The notes beneath the pieces are model-generated. The model saw only the letters and a program-made list of their open reading frames with translations, ran no database searches and was not told where the DNA came from. DNA of 64,000 bases, taken from the NCBI GenBank assembly GCA_043815505.1, contig JBDRIV010000002.1, positions 246,943 to 310,942 of the forward strand, given 5' to 3'. Shown here one piece after another: positions 16,861 through 26,097 of the stretch. The stretch comes from a bacterium. Lineage in GTDB: Bacteria; Patescibacteriota; JABMPQ01; JBDRIV01. Each line of letters begins with the position of its first letter. The first letter of the stretch is position 1. The position numbers and the translations under genes are program-made.

Positions 16861-16963
16861 CCCGGTAGTACAAACCGGGTAAAAGAAAGAAATAATTCAT
16901 TTTGCAGAGAATCATAATAAAATAAGTATTAATTTATAAAAATCAGTAAGTTGTACTACCGGG
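16861..16963. mobile_element. Family-1 inverted-repeat element, copy 2; flanked by direct ATG repeats and abutting the gyrB start
   Basis: ATG-cccggtagtacaa...ttaagttgtactaccggg-ATG(gyrB). Its internal core shares aagtattaatttataa with copy 1. Confidence 0.6.
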
Positions 16964-19087
16964 ATGCCCAAGAAAAAAACTACAAAGAAAAAACCGGCAA
17001 AGCGTAAACCGGCTAAGAAGAAAGTTTCTCGAACTAAAAAACCAAAAAAAGCTACTATTAAAAAAGTAAGTAGTAAATCTTCGTATTCTGCTAAAGACAT
17101 CACAGTTTTAAAAGGTTTAGAACCTGTGCGTAAAAGACCAGGAATGTATATTGGTGGAACTGGGGTTGAAGGTTTGCATCATTTGATTTGGGAAGTGGTA
17201 GATAACTCCATTGATGAAGCGATGGCCGGATATTGTACCGAAATTGAAGTAGTGATGGAAAAAAACAATCGTGTGAAAATTTCTGATAATGGTCGTGGTA
17301 TTCCAGTGGAAAAACATAAAGCTACCAGAAAAAGTGCTCTCGAAACGGTTTTAACAACTTTACATGCTGGTGGAAAATTTGGTGGCAGTGGTTATAAAGT
17401 TTCTGGTGGTTTGCATGGCGTTGGTGTTTCGGTTGTTAATGCCCTATCTGTTTGGCTCAAGGCCGAAGTTAGAAGAGACAACAAAGTTTATGTACAAGAA
17501 TATAAAAGAGGCAAAGCTCAAGGAAAATTAAAAACTGATGGTAAATCGGATCATACTGGAACCATAATTTCTTTTGAACCTGACCCAGAAATATTTGATA
17601 CCATTGAATTTTCTTGGAAATCAATTCTTACTCATTTACGTCAACAATCTTATTTAACTAAAGGCGTAAAAATTACTATCATTGATGAACGCGGAGAAGA
17701 ACCTAATTCCTATAGTTTTTATTTTGAAGGAGGAATTAAATCTTATGTGAATCATTTGAATCGCAAAGCCAAAGTGGTTCACCAAACTCCTTTTTATGTT
17801 GAAAAAGAGCAAGATAAAATTATGGTGGAGACAGCTTTGCAATATCGGGAAGATGTAAAAAGTAACGAAGTAAGTTTTGCTAATAACATTCATACGGTTG
17901 ATGGCGGGATGCATTTGGTGGGATTTAGAACTGCTCTTACTCGCGTGCTAAATGACTATGCGCGTAAAAATGGCTTAATTAAGGACAAAGACGAGAATCT
18001 TACCGGAGAAGATATGCGCGAAGGACTAACAGCGGTAGTTTCTGTAAAATTGCAAAATCCTCAATTTGAAGGTCAAACTAAAGCCAAGCTTGGGAACCCA
18101 GAAGCTAGAACTGCTGTTAACGGAATTATTGGCGAAGAGTTTGCTAACTTTTTAGAAGAACATCCAGCTGAAGCTAGAGCTATGATCGGCAAAGTTTTAA
18201 TTGCTGCAAAGGCGCGCATGGCTGCCAAGGCTGCTAAAGATGTTGTGTTAAGAAAAGGTGCTTTAGACGGATTTGCTCTTCCTGGAAAACTGGCGGACTG
18301 TTCCACCAAAGATAGTTCTCGGGCAGAATTGTTTATCGTTGAGGGAGACTCGGCTGGCGGTTCTGCCAAGCAAGGCCGCGACAGAATGTTTCAAGCAATT
18401 TTGCCGTTACGCGGAAAAATTTTGAATGTAGAACGTGCTCGTATTGATCGTATGCTTTCGAATAAAGAAATTAAATCAATTATAATTGCTCTAGGCACTG
18501 GAGTAGGTGAAGAAGTTGATTTAAATAAACTGCGTTATAACCGAATTGTAATTATGACAGATGCTGATGTTGATGGTGCTCACATTAGAACTTTGTTGTT
18601 AACGCTTTTCTATCGTTATTTCCCAGAACTAATTGAGGCTGGCCATTTGTATATTGCTCAACCACCATTATTTAGAATTCAAAAGGGGGCCAAATTTGAA
18701 TATGTATATTCTGAGAATCAAAAAGATGATGTGGTAGCTAAGTTTGAAAAGGATGCTTCGACAAGCTTAGCACAAGATGCTAAAAAAACTATAGAAGAAG
18801 AACAAACAGAAGAAAATGAAGAAGGTGAAAAAACAGAAGAGGGAGAAGAAGAGATAAAGAAAAAATCTGGAGTTTCTATTCAACGCTACAAAGGTTTAGG
18901 TGAAATGAATCCAACCCAATTATGGGATACTACCATGGATCCAGAAACACGTTCTATGTTGCAAGTAAAAGTAGATGACGCGGAAGCAGCTACAGAAAAT
19001 TTTGAAATTCTTATGGGTGATGAAGTTGAGCCACGCAAACGTTTCATTCAAACTCACGCTAAAAAAGTAAAAAATCTGGACGTCTAA
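16964..19087 (+). CDS. gyrB: DNA gyrase subunit B with an N-terminal lysine-rich tail of about 45 aa and a C-terminal acidic insertion
   Basis: GHKL ATPase, Toprim and GyrB C-terminal motifs (EGDSAGGSAKQGRDR, PLRGKILNVE, QRYKGLGEMN), with a PKKKTTKKKPAKRKPAKKK N-terminus. Confidence 0.9.
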   Translation: MPKKKTTKKKPAKRKPAKKKVSRTKKPKKATIKKVSSKSSYSAKDITVLKGLEPVRKRPGMYIGGTGVEGLHHLIWEVVDNSIDEAMAGYCTEIEVVMEKNNRVKISDNGRGIPVEKHKATRKSALETVLTTLHAGGKFGGSGYKVSGGLHGVGVSVVNALSVWLKAEVRRDNKVYVQEYKRGKAQGKLKTDGKSDHTGTIISFEPDPEIFDTIEFSWKSILTHLRQQSYLTKGVKITIIDERGEEPNSYSFYFEGGIKSYVNHLNRKAKVVHQTPFYVEKEQDKIMVETALQYREDVKSNEVSFANNIHTVDGGMHLVGFRTALTRVLNDYARKNGLIKDKDENLTGEDMREGLTAVVSVKLQNPQFEGQTKAKLGNPEARTAVNGIIGEEFANFLEEHPAEARAMIGKVLIAAKARMAAKAAKDVVLRKGALDGFALPGKLADCSTKDSSRAELFIVEGDSAGGSAKQGRDRMFQAILPLRGKILNVERARIDRMLSNKEIKSIIIALGTGVGEEVDLNKLRYNRIVIMTDADVDGAHIRTLLLTLFYRYFPELIEAGHLYIAQPPLFRIQKGAKFEYVYSENQKDDVVAKFEKDASTSLAQDAKKTIEEEQTEENEEGEKTEEGEEEIKKKSGVSIQRYKGLGEMNPTQLWDTTMDPETRSMLQVKVDDAEAATENFEILMGDEVEPRKRFIQTHAKKVKNLDV

Positions 19088-19110
19088 TTTGATCGTGGGC
19101 AAATTCTTGA

Positions 19111-19207
19111 CCCAGCAGTACAACGCTTTATATTTTCAAAGTCTCGGACAATTGATATTTATTTCTATGTTATAAGTTGATTATGCAGTAAAAGTTGTAC
19201 TACTGGG
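19111..19207. mobile_element. Family-1 inverted-repeat element, copy 3 (cccagcagtacaa ... ttgtactactggg), flanked by a TTGA direct repeat
   Basis: One mismatch between the arms. The right flank TTGACA doubles as the -35 of the downstream promoter. Confidence 0.5.
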
Positions 19208-19235
19208 TTGACAAAAAAAACTTATCTTGTAGAAT
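19208..19235 (+). promoter_or_regulatory. Consensus sigma70 promoter (TTGACA-16-TAGAAT) upstream of secE-nusG
   Basis: Near-consensus hexamers. It is followed by the hairpin aagcccgcggccaaagggctt at 19248-19268. Confidence 0.45.
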
Positions 19236-19247
19236 AAAGATAAATAA

Positions 19248-19274
19248 AGCCCGCGGCCAAAGGGCTTTTAAAAA
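19248..19274 (+). promoter_or_regulatory. GC-rich hairpin in the secE leader (terminator- or attenuator-like)
   Basis: Stem agccc/gggct with loop gcggccaaa, followed by tttta. Confidence 0.3.
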
Positions 19275-19286
19275 TCAAAAATTATG

Positions 19287-19353
19287 CCCGGTAGTACAAC
19301 AATTGTTGCTCTACTAAGGTATAATCCAAAAAAAATTAAGTTGTACTATCGGG
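19287..19353. mobile_element. Family-1 inverted-repeat element, copy 4 (short, 67 bp); flanked by ATG repeats and abutting the secE start
   Basis: ATG-cccggtagtacaa...ttaagttgtactatcggg-ATG(secE). Confidence 0.55.
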
Positions 19354-19545
19354 ATGAGTATTTTCAATAAAATTACAGATTTCTTTAAGGAATCTTACAT
19401 CGAACTTAAAAAAGTAGTCTGGCCATCGCGCTCAGAAGTTATTCGCCATACTTTAATAGTAATTGGCGTTAGTCTGGTTGTGGCTATAATTCTAGGAGTT
19501 TTTGACTACGTTTTCACTTATTTAGCAGAAATTACCCTAATTTAA
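19354..19545 (+). CDS. secE: Preprotein translocase subunit SecE
   Basis: 63 aa with a single C-terminal TM. The secE-nusG-rplK-rplA gene context matches. Confidence 0.8.
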   Translation: MSIFNKITDFFKESYIELKKVVWPSRSEVIRHTLIVIGVSLVVAIILGVFDYVFTYLAEITLI

Positions 19546-19549
19546 ATTT

Positions 19550-20095
19550 ATGCCAAAACAAATTGGGAAAAAGGAAAAAAATTGGTACGTTTTACATACC
19601 TATTCAGGTTATGAAGAAAATGTGGCGCAAAATTTGCGTCAACGTATCGATTCTATGGATATGGAAGATAAAATCTTCCAAGTTTTAGTACCTAAAGAAA
19701 AGAAAATTAAGATTAAAAATGGTAAACGTTCAGTTGTTGAAGAAAAGATTTTCCCCGGATATGTTTTAGTAGAAATGATTGTAACAGATGATTCTTGGTA
19801 TGTGGTTAGAAATACTCCTAACGTTACAGGTTTTGTCGGGTCAGGAACTACGCCAACTCCAATTTCCAATGATGAGGTTTCAACCTTGCAGAAAAGAATG
19901 GGTGTTAAAGAACCTAAATATAAAGTTGATGTGGTGGTTGGTGAAGCTGTAAAAATTACTGATGGTCCCTTTAAAGATTTTGATGGCAAAGTTAACGCGG
20001 TTGATAATGAAAAAGGTAAAATTAAAGTTTTAGTTTCAATATTTGGTCGCGAAACACCTGTCGAACTAGATTTTTTACAAGTAAAAAAGATTTAA
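19550..20095 (+). CDS. nusG: Transcription termination/antitermination factor NusG
   Basis: NGN domain (NWYVLHTYSGYEENV) and KOW motif (GEAVKITDGPFKDFDGKV). Confidence 0.9.
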   Translation: MPKQIGKKEKNWYVLHTYSGYEENVAQNLRQRIDSMDMEDKIFQVLVPKEKKIKIKNGKRSVVEEKIFPGYVLVEMIVTDDSWYVVRNTPNVTGFVGSGTTPTPISNDEVSTLQKRMGVKEPKYKVDVVVGEAVKITDGPFKDFDGKVNAVDNEKGKIKVLVSIFGRETPVELDFLQVKKI

Positions 20096-20099
20096 ACAA

Positions 20100-20645
20100 G
20101 TGTGGTTATTTTTTCTCCAATGCTTTTATCTGATTCTACCTGGAGGATTTGCCAATGCTGTACCACCGGTCGGGAAAGATATTTTAAAACCTCTAGCGCA
20201 ACCAATTGATAGAGGTAAAACCTGGCGTGGTCAACCATTGTTGGGTAAAAACAAGACTTGGCGTGGCGTGTTGCTAGCAATAATTACCTCAGTATTATTT
20301 GTTTATCTGCAAGCGTATCTTTACAAGTTTGAAGTGTTTCAAAAAATCTCATTTATAAATTATAACGAAGTAAATTTATTGTTATTAGGTATCTTGATTG
20401 GTTTGGGCGTGATGCTCGGCGATGCGGTTGAAAGTTTAATAAAGCGACAAATGAAGATTGCTCCGGGCACAAAATTCTTTCCTTGGGATCAAATTGACTC
20501 TTTGATTGGTGGCCTGGCATTAATGGCTTTCGTGTATGTTCCTCCTTGGGAAGCAATACTATTTCTAGTGTTCTTTGCTCCTGCTCTGCATGTAGCCGTA
20601 AAACATTTTGGATATTTAATTGGTGTGAATAAAGCGCCTTGGTAG
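20100..20645 (+). CDS. Polytopic membrane protein, possibly DUF46/CDP-archaeol-synthase (CarS)-like
   Basis: 181 aa with about 5 TM segments and a duplicated GKTWRG motif. It is inserted between nusG and rplK. Confidence 0.35.
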   Translation: MWLFFLQCFYLILPGGFANAVPPVGKDILKPLAQPIDRGKTWRGQPLLGKNKTWRGVLLAIITSVLFVYLQAYLYKFEVFQKISFINYNEVNLLLLGILIGLGVMLGDAVESLIKRQMKIAPGTKFFPWDQIDSLIGGLALMAFVYVPPWEAILFLVFFAPALHVAVKHFGYLIGVNKAPW

Positions 20646-20704
20646 TTCTTCGACAAGTTCAGGATAAACACAATAAAGAACAAAGCTTATAATTTAACAA
20701 ATAT

Positions 20705-21130
20705 ATGGTAAAAGAAATTAAAACAATTGTAAAATTACAAATTCCTGCTGGTAAAGCAAATCCAGCTCCTCCTGTTGGTCCAGCTCTTGGTCAGCATGGT
20801 CTTAACATCCAAGAATTTTGTACTGCTTTTAATAATCAAACACAAGATAAGGGTGGCGACGTTATTCCGGTTGAAATTACCATTTATGAAGACCGATCCT
20901 TTGATTTTATTTGTAAAACTCCACCAGCAGCAGAATTAATTAAAAAAGCGCTGAAATTGAAAAAAGGTTCTGGTGTTCCTCAAAAAGATAAAGTAGGAAA
21001 ACTCACTAAAGCTCAAGTTAAAGAAATCGCCGAAATTAAAATGGTAGATTTAAACGCTCGTGATATAGAAGAAGCTATGAAAGTTATTGCTGGCACAGCT
21101 CGTAGTATGGGTGTTGAAGTTGAAGAATAA
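20705..21130 (+). CDS. rplK: 50S ribosomal protein L11
   Basis: [39 protein letters not shown]. Confidence 0.95.
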   Translation: MVKEIKTIVKLQIPAGKANPAPPVGPALGQHGLNIQEFCTAFNNQTQDKGGDVIPVEITIYEDRSFDFICKTPPAAELIKKALKLKKGSGVPQKDKVGKLTKAQVKEIAEIKMVDLNARDIEEAMKVIAGTARSMGVEVEE

Positions 21131-21235
21131 ATATTATTAATCTGTGGGACCCCACCCCAGTTTTGATTTCACAAATCAAAACTATATAAATGATTTTTGA
21201 AAACTGGAGAGGGGGTTCGCACCACGGAGAAAACA
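21131..21235 (+). promoter_or_regulatory. rplK-rplA intercistronic leader with a stable hairpin (candidate L1 autoregulatory site)
   Basis: cagttttgatttcacaaatcaaaactg forms a perfect 10-bp stem, followed by GGAG and the rplA ATG. Confidence 0.3.
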
Positions 21236-21916
21236 ATGAACAAAAGCAAACGCTTAAAAGATTTAGTGAGTAAGATTGAAAAAAAACCTTACTCGGTAGA
21301 CGAAGCAACAAAACTTGTTATTGAATCAGCTTTGGAAAAGTTTGATGCTTCAATAGAACTTCATATTCGTTTAGGAATTGACCCCAAACAATCAGATCAA
21401 AATGTCCGCGGCACCGTTTCCTTGCCTCATGGTACAGGTAAAGAAAAACGGGTGGCGGTTTTTGTTGCCGATGAAAAAAAGAAAAAAGAAGCCAAAGATG
21501 CTGGCGCTGATGTAATTGGTGGCGAAGAACTAGTGGAAAAAATAAAAGAAACTGAAAAATGCGATTTCGAAGTTGCCATTGCTGAACCAGCTATGATGAA
21601 ACATGTTGGAAAAATCGGCAAGGTTCTTGGTGTTAAAGGTTTAATGCCAAATCCTAAAACTGAAACTGTAACCGATGATATTGCTAAAGCTGTTAAGGAA
21701 CAAAAATCTGGCAAGACTGCTTTCAAAATGGATGCTTCAGGAAATGTTCATCAGGTGATTGGTAAAAAATCTTTTAAGCCCGAACAAATAAAAGAAAATT
21801 TAGAAATCTTTGTAGAAGCGGTAAAAAAAGTTCGTCCCGACGGAGTAAAAGGAGAATATATTAAAAAAGTTTCTCTGTCATCAACTATGGGACCAGGAAT
21901 CGTGGTAAATATTTAA
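21236..21916 (+). CDS. rplA: 50S ribosomal protein L1
   Basis: Starts at MNKSKRLKDL, with ggag 7 nt upstream. The ORF-track start at 21197 is a TTG inside the leader. Confidence 0.9.
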   Translation: MNKSKRLKDLVSKIEKKPYSVDEATKLVIESALEKFDASIELHIRLGIDPKQSDQNVRGTVSLPHGTGKEKRVAVFVADEKKKKEAKDAGADVIGGEELVEKIKETEKCDFEVAIAEPAMMKHVGKIGKVLGVKGLMPNPKTETVTDDIAKAVKEQKSGKTAFKMDASGNVHQVIGKKSFKPEQIKENLEIFVEAVKKVRPDGVKGEYIKKVSLSSTMGPGIVVNI

Positions 21917-21925
21917 TACAAAAAC

Positions 21926-22357
21926 ATGACCAAGGCAAAACTTAAATTCAAGAAGTTAAAAGACGATGTTAAACTTCCAAGTTATGCCAATCCAGGTGAT
22001 GCCGGAATGGATATCTATTCTCTTGAAGACAAAGTTTTAAAACCAGGGGAGCGTTATGCTTTTCAGGTTGGTTTCACAACAGAATTTTCAGACGACTTTG
22101 TGGTTTTAATTAAAGATAAAAGTGGTTTAGCAGCTAAATCAGGAATAACAATTCTGGCTGGAGTAATTGACTCTGGTTATAGGGGAGAATATGGAATTGT
22201 AATGTTAAATACAGGTGATCAACCACACGAAGTTAGACAAGGAGACAAAATTGCCCAAATGCTAATTATGCCACTTGTAACAGCTGAAATTGAAGAAGAT
22301 TTAAATTTAGGAGATAGCGAACGCGGAAAAGGTGGTTTTGGTAGTACGGGAAAATAA
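21926..22357 (+). CDS. dut: dUTP diphosphatase
   Basis: Dut motifs AGMDIYS, GVIDSGYRGE, RGKGGFGSTG. Confidence 0.9.
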   Translation: MTKAKLKFKKLKDDVKLPSYANPGDAGMDIYSLEDKVLKPGERYAFQVGFTTEFSDDFVVLIKDKSGLAAKSGITILAGVIDSGYRGEYGIVMLNTGDQPHEVRQGDKIAQMLIMPLVTAEIEEDLNLGDSERGKGGFGSTGK

Positions 22358-22372
22358 ATTAAACAAAATATT

Positions 22373-23029
22373 GTGGCGAAACCAAAAGGAAAACTTATCG
22401 TCATTGAAGGTTCTGACGGGGCTGGTAAAAGTACTCAAATAGAACTGCTTATTTCCAGACTTAAAAAATCTGGAAGAAAAGTTTACAAAATTCATTTTCC
22501 TAATTACAAATCCTACTACGGACAACAAATTAAAAAGTTAGCTCATAAAAGCACAGGGTACTTTCGGAAATTAGATCCGCATTATACCGCTGTGCTTTAT
22601 GCTTTGGATAGATACAAACTTTCTGATAAAATAAGAAGTGAGATTAAAAAAGGCAATATTGTAGTTTGTGATAGATATGCATCAGCTGGTTTTGCCTATC
22701 AAGCCGCGCAAAACAAAGTTGGTAAAGCTAGAAATGATTTTCGGAAATGGCATATCGATTTTGAATATAATCATTTACAAATCCCCAAACCTAACATGGT
22801 CTTTTATCTGTATGTTCCCCTAATAAAATCAGCAGCTTTAATAAAGAAATATAGAAAACAAGACGGAGTGGAAAGTGATAAGAAGTATCTGAAAGAAGTT
22901 GAAAAAGAAATGCTGAACTTAACTAAAATGCAGAAGTGGCAAAAAGTTAATTGCTTAAAGAAAAATGAACTAATGCCAATTTCAGAAATTCACGAATTAA
23001 TTTGGCAGAAAGTAAAAAGGTATATCTAA
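22373..23029 (+). CDS. tmk: Thymidylate kinase
   Basis: P-loop IEGSDGAGKSTQ. GTG start. The stop overlaps the gatB ATG (TAATG). Confidence 0.8.
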   Translation: MAKPKGKLIVIEGSDGAGKSTQIELLISRLKKSGRKVYKIHFPNYKSYYGQQIKKLAHKSTGYFRKLDPHYTAVLYALDRYKLSDKIRSEIKKGNIVVCDRYASAGFAYQAAQNKVGKARNDFRKWHIDFEYNHLQIPKPNMVFYLYVPLIKSAALIKKYRKQDGVESDKKYLKEVEKEMLNLTKMQKWQKVNCLKKNELMPISEIHELIWQKVKRYI

Positions 23030-24498
23030 TGCAACCAGTAATTGGTCTGGAGATTCACGTCCAGCTAAAAACTAAATCAAAAATGTTTTGTTCTTGTTCC
23101 AATAATGCAGAAGGAGCTGAGCCAAATACTTTGGTTTGCCCAGTTTGTATGGGTCATCCGGGAACTTTACCTGTTTTAAATAAGCAGGCTTTTGAATATG
23201 GTTTAATGATGGCGCTAGCACTAGAATGTGAAATTCCTACAGAAACAAAATTTGATCGCAAGAATTACTTTTATCCCGACCTTCCTAAGGGATATCAAAT
23301 TTCACAACATAAAAGTCCAATTGGAAATAAAGGAAAATTAGAGTTTGCTTTTAACGGCGGTCACGAAACGGTTAATTTTGATCACATCCATTTAGAAGAA
23401 GATGCTGGAAAATTAATTCATGAGGGAGGAGATAGTTTGGTAGATTACAATCGTTCTAGTACACCACTTTTAGAAATGGTTACCAAGCCTGTTATTCAAT
23501 CACCAGAAGTGGCTAAAGCCTTTTTACAATCTCTAAAAACTCTGGTTAAAACTTTGGGAATTTCTGATGCTGATATGGAAAAAGGTCATTTGCGTTGTGA
23601 TGCTAATGTTTCTTTGCAGGAAGATGTTAAAGTATTAAAGAATCCAAAAGCAGAAATCAAAAATTTAAATTCATTTAAAGCCATTGAAAAAGCTCTCAGA
23701 TATGAAATAAAAAGGCAGAAGGAGATATATAGGCTTGCAAAAATACCTAATACTTCAACAATGGAATGGGATACAAAACTAGATATAACAAAGGAAATGC
23801 GTAGTAAAGAAGATTCACCAGATTATAGATATTTCCCTGAACCAGATTTACCGCCAATTGTAATTGCTCAAGGTGAAGACACGAAAGAAAAAGTTTTTAT
23901 AAATTTAGAAGTAATAAAAACTCATATGCCAGAATTACCTCAAGATAAAATCAAAAGAATGAAGGATGAATATGGTTTGAAAGAACAAGATATTGTAACA
24001 ATAACCTCAGATCCAAAATTAGCAGAATTCTTTGAGCAGGCATTAAGTGAAGCATATGAGTGGGGAGACAAAGATGACAAGGAAATTCCTAAGTTAGTAA
24101 GTAACTGGTTGTTGTCAGAAATGCTTGGAGTTTTGAAAGATAAAAAAATGTCATTAACAGATTTGCCAATGACACCGGAAAACTTTGCAGAGTTGGTAAT
24201 TATGGTTAAAAATGGAGACGTGAACAGCTCAGCTGGTCAAAGTATACTTCTGGAAATGATTGAAAACGGTGGTGACCCATCGCAAATTGTGGAAGAAAAA
24301 GGTTTGAAACAAGTGAGTGATGAGGGTGAATTAGAAACAATAATTTCTAAAGTGATTAAAGCTAATGGTGGGCCAGTTGAAGATTACAAAAACGGCAAAG
24401 AAGCTGCTCTTCAATTTTTAGTAGGGAAAGTAATGAAAGAGAGTAAAGGTTCTGCCAATCCACAGAAAGTGATGGAAATGCTGAAAATGAAGCTCTAA
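23029..24498 (+). CDS. gatB: Asp/Glu-tRNA amidotransferase subunit B
   Basis: MQPVIGLEIHVQL N-terminus and a C-terminal YqeY-like domain. Confidence 0.9.
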   Translation: MQPVIGLEIHVQLKTKSKMFCSCSNNAEGAEPNTLVCPVCMGHPGTLPVLNKQAFEYGLMMALALECEIPTETKFDRKNYFYPDLPKGYQISQHKSPIGNKGKLEFAFNGGHETVNFDHIHLEEDAGKLIHEGGDSLVDYNRSSTPLLEMVTKPVIQSPEVAKAFLQSLKTLVKTLGISDADMEKGHLRCDANVSLQEDVKVLKNPKAEIKNLNSFKAIEKALRYEIKRQKEIYRLAKIPNTSTMEWDTKLDITKEMRSKEDSPDYRYFPEPDLPPIVIAQGEDTKEKVFINLEVIKTHMPELPQDKIKRMKDEYGLKEQDIVTITSDPKLAEFFEQALSEAYEWGDKDDKEIPKLVSNWLLSEMLGVLKDKKMSLTDLPMTPENFAELVIMVKNGDVNSSAGQSILLEMIENGGDPSQIVEEKGLKQVSDEGELETIISKVIKANGGPVEDYKNGKEAALQFLVGKVMKESKGSANPQKVMEMLKMKL

Positions 24499-24511
24499 TA
24501 TATTTAAGAGT

Positions 24512-24541
24512 CAGGGATGGCTTTCATCCCTGGTTTTTTTA
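24512..24541 (+). terminator. Rho-independent terminator after gatB
   Basis: cagggatg-gctttc-catccctg followed by T8. Confidence 0.65.
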
Positions 24542-24557
24542 TCTCAAAAATTGGAGA

Positions 24558-25487
24558 CTAATTAGCTAAGAACTTTTCTACAAGATTATCAGCCTCGGAC
24601 AAATCACCAACCCAATGAATGTTTTTATTTCGTTTAAACCAAGTCATTTGGCGTTTGGCATATTGTTTGGTGCGAGTGGACATTCTTATTTTTGCTTCAT
24701 CTAAATCAATAGCACCCTGTAAATATTCAGCTATTTCTTTATAACCAATACCAGACATTGATGGAAGCATTAGTGAATAATTTTCATCTAACAGCTGCTT
24801 CGTTTCCATAATTAAATCAGTATTAGTTTTATTATTCTCATTAACATTTCCGACTTCTATCATCTCATCAATCCTTTTGTCAATCCTGTTATAAAGTTCT
24901 TCTTTAGAAATATCAAGCCCTATTTCCAACAAATCATATTTTGGTTTCCCTTGTTTTCTTTGTTCAGAATAGGGACGACCAGATTCAAGACAAATTTCAA
25001 GAGCGCGAATAAGGCGACGCTTATTTTTTAAATCAATCGTTTTAATAATCTCTGGATCAAGAGTTTCCAGTTGTTTATGCAACTCTTCAAATGATTTATT
25101 TTCCAATTCAGAACGAAGTTCATTATTTGGTTTAATTTTAGGAATAGTTAAGTTTTTGCAAACCGCATCAATATAAAGACCTGTGCCACCAACCAAAAAG
25201 GGGAGCCTTTTTTTTGAAGAAATAATCTTTTCAGCTTCTTTTTTAAATTGACCAACAGTAAATTCTTCATCCGGTTTTACAAAATCTAACATAAAATGGC
25301 GAACATTATCAATTTCTTCTTTAGTGATTTTTCCAGTGCCCACATCCATGCCTTTGTAGATTTGCCGAGAATCAGCTGAAATCACATAACCATCGTACTT
25401 TTTGGCTAACTTAACGCCTAAAAAAGACTTCCCAGAAGCGGTGGGACCGGTAATAATTACTAGTTTTTGTTTATTTGTTGGGGTCAT
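24558..25487 (-). CDS. miaA: tRNA dimethylallyltransferase
   Basis: P-loop ITGPTASGKS followed by ADSRQIYKGMDVGTGK. Confidence 0.9.
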   Translation of the reverse strand: MTPTNKQKLVIITGPTASGKSFLGVKLAKKYDGYVISADSRQIYKGMDVGTGKITKEEIDNVRHFMLDFVKPDEEFTVGQFKKEAEKIISSKKRLPFLVGGTGLYIDAVCKNLTIPKIKPNNELRSELENKSFEELHKQLETLDPEIIKTIDLKNKRRLIRALEICLESGRPYSEQRKQGKPKYDLLEIGLDISKEELYNRIDKRIDEMIEVGNVNENNKTNTDLIMETKQLLDENYSLMLPSMSGIGYKEIAEYLQGAIDLDEAKIRMSTRTKQYAKRQMTWFKRNKNIHWVGDLSEADNLVEKFLAN

Positions 25488-25593
25488 AGCCTTGACAAAA
25501 TTATAGTTTTATTATAGTATATTTGCACCCAGATTTCCATTTCAAGTTGTACGTTAATTCAAGTTGGCCGCAAAAAAGAAGGGGAGGTATAGT

Positions 25594-25971
25594 ATGAGAA
25601 TTTTGTTAGTTGATGATGAAGATTGTGTGCGTGGATTTGTCAAAGACATGTTGACTGAAAATGCGCACGAAGTAGTTGATGTCAATAATGCTTCTAAGGC
25701 ACTGGATGTAATTAAAGGAGGAGAGAAATTTGATGCGGTTGTGACAGACCTAATAATGCCAGGAATGGATGGGGTGGAATTAACAAAGGAGCTTCTGCAA
25801 TACGGAATTGATAATTCCTCGGTCATTATGATCTCTGGCGGTGCACCCGATGGCAAGGAAGAACTTTTTAAAATTGCTAAGGGATTCTTTGGCAAAAGAT
25901 TTCTTAAAAAGCCATTCGAAATTGATGATCTTTTTATACTTCTCGATGAAATCGGGGAGAATATCGGCTAA
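25594..25971 (+). CDS. Single-domain response regulator (CheY-like receiver)
   Basis: MRILLVDDE...D (phospho-acceptor in VVTDLIMPGMDG)...KP. GGGGAGG sits 8 nt before the ATG. Confidence 0.7.
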   Translation: MRILLVDDEDCVRGFVKDMLTENAHEVVDVNNASKALDVIKGGEKFDAVVTDLIMPGMDGVELTKELLQYGIDNSSVIMISGGAPDGKEELFKIAKGFFGKRFLKKPFEIDDLFILLDEIGENIG

Positions 25972-26097
25972 ACCTTGGTCGCGGCGCGTTTTGGAATATA
26001 TACCTGTAATAACCCCCACAGGCAAAAATCCATTACGTCGTCGCGACCTTCTAATTTCCGAGCGATGCAGGCGACAAAGAGTAGTCGAAAGATTAAG

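Noticed and set aside
21197-21235. ORF-track start of rplA at 21197
   Set aside because: It is a TTG inside the structured rplK-rplA leader. The conserved L1 N-terminus and GGAG support the ATG at 21236.
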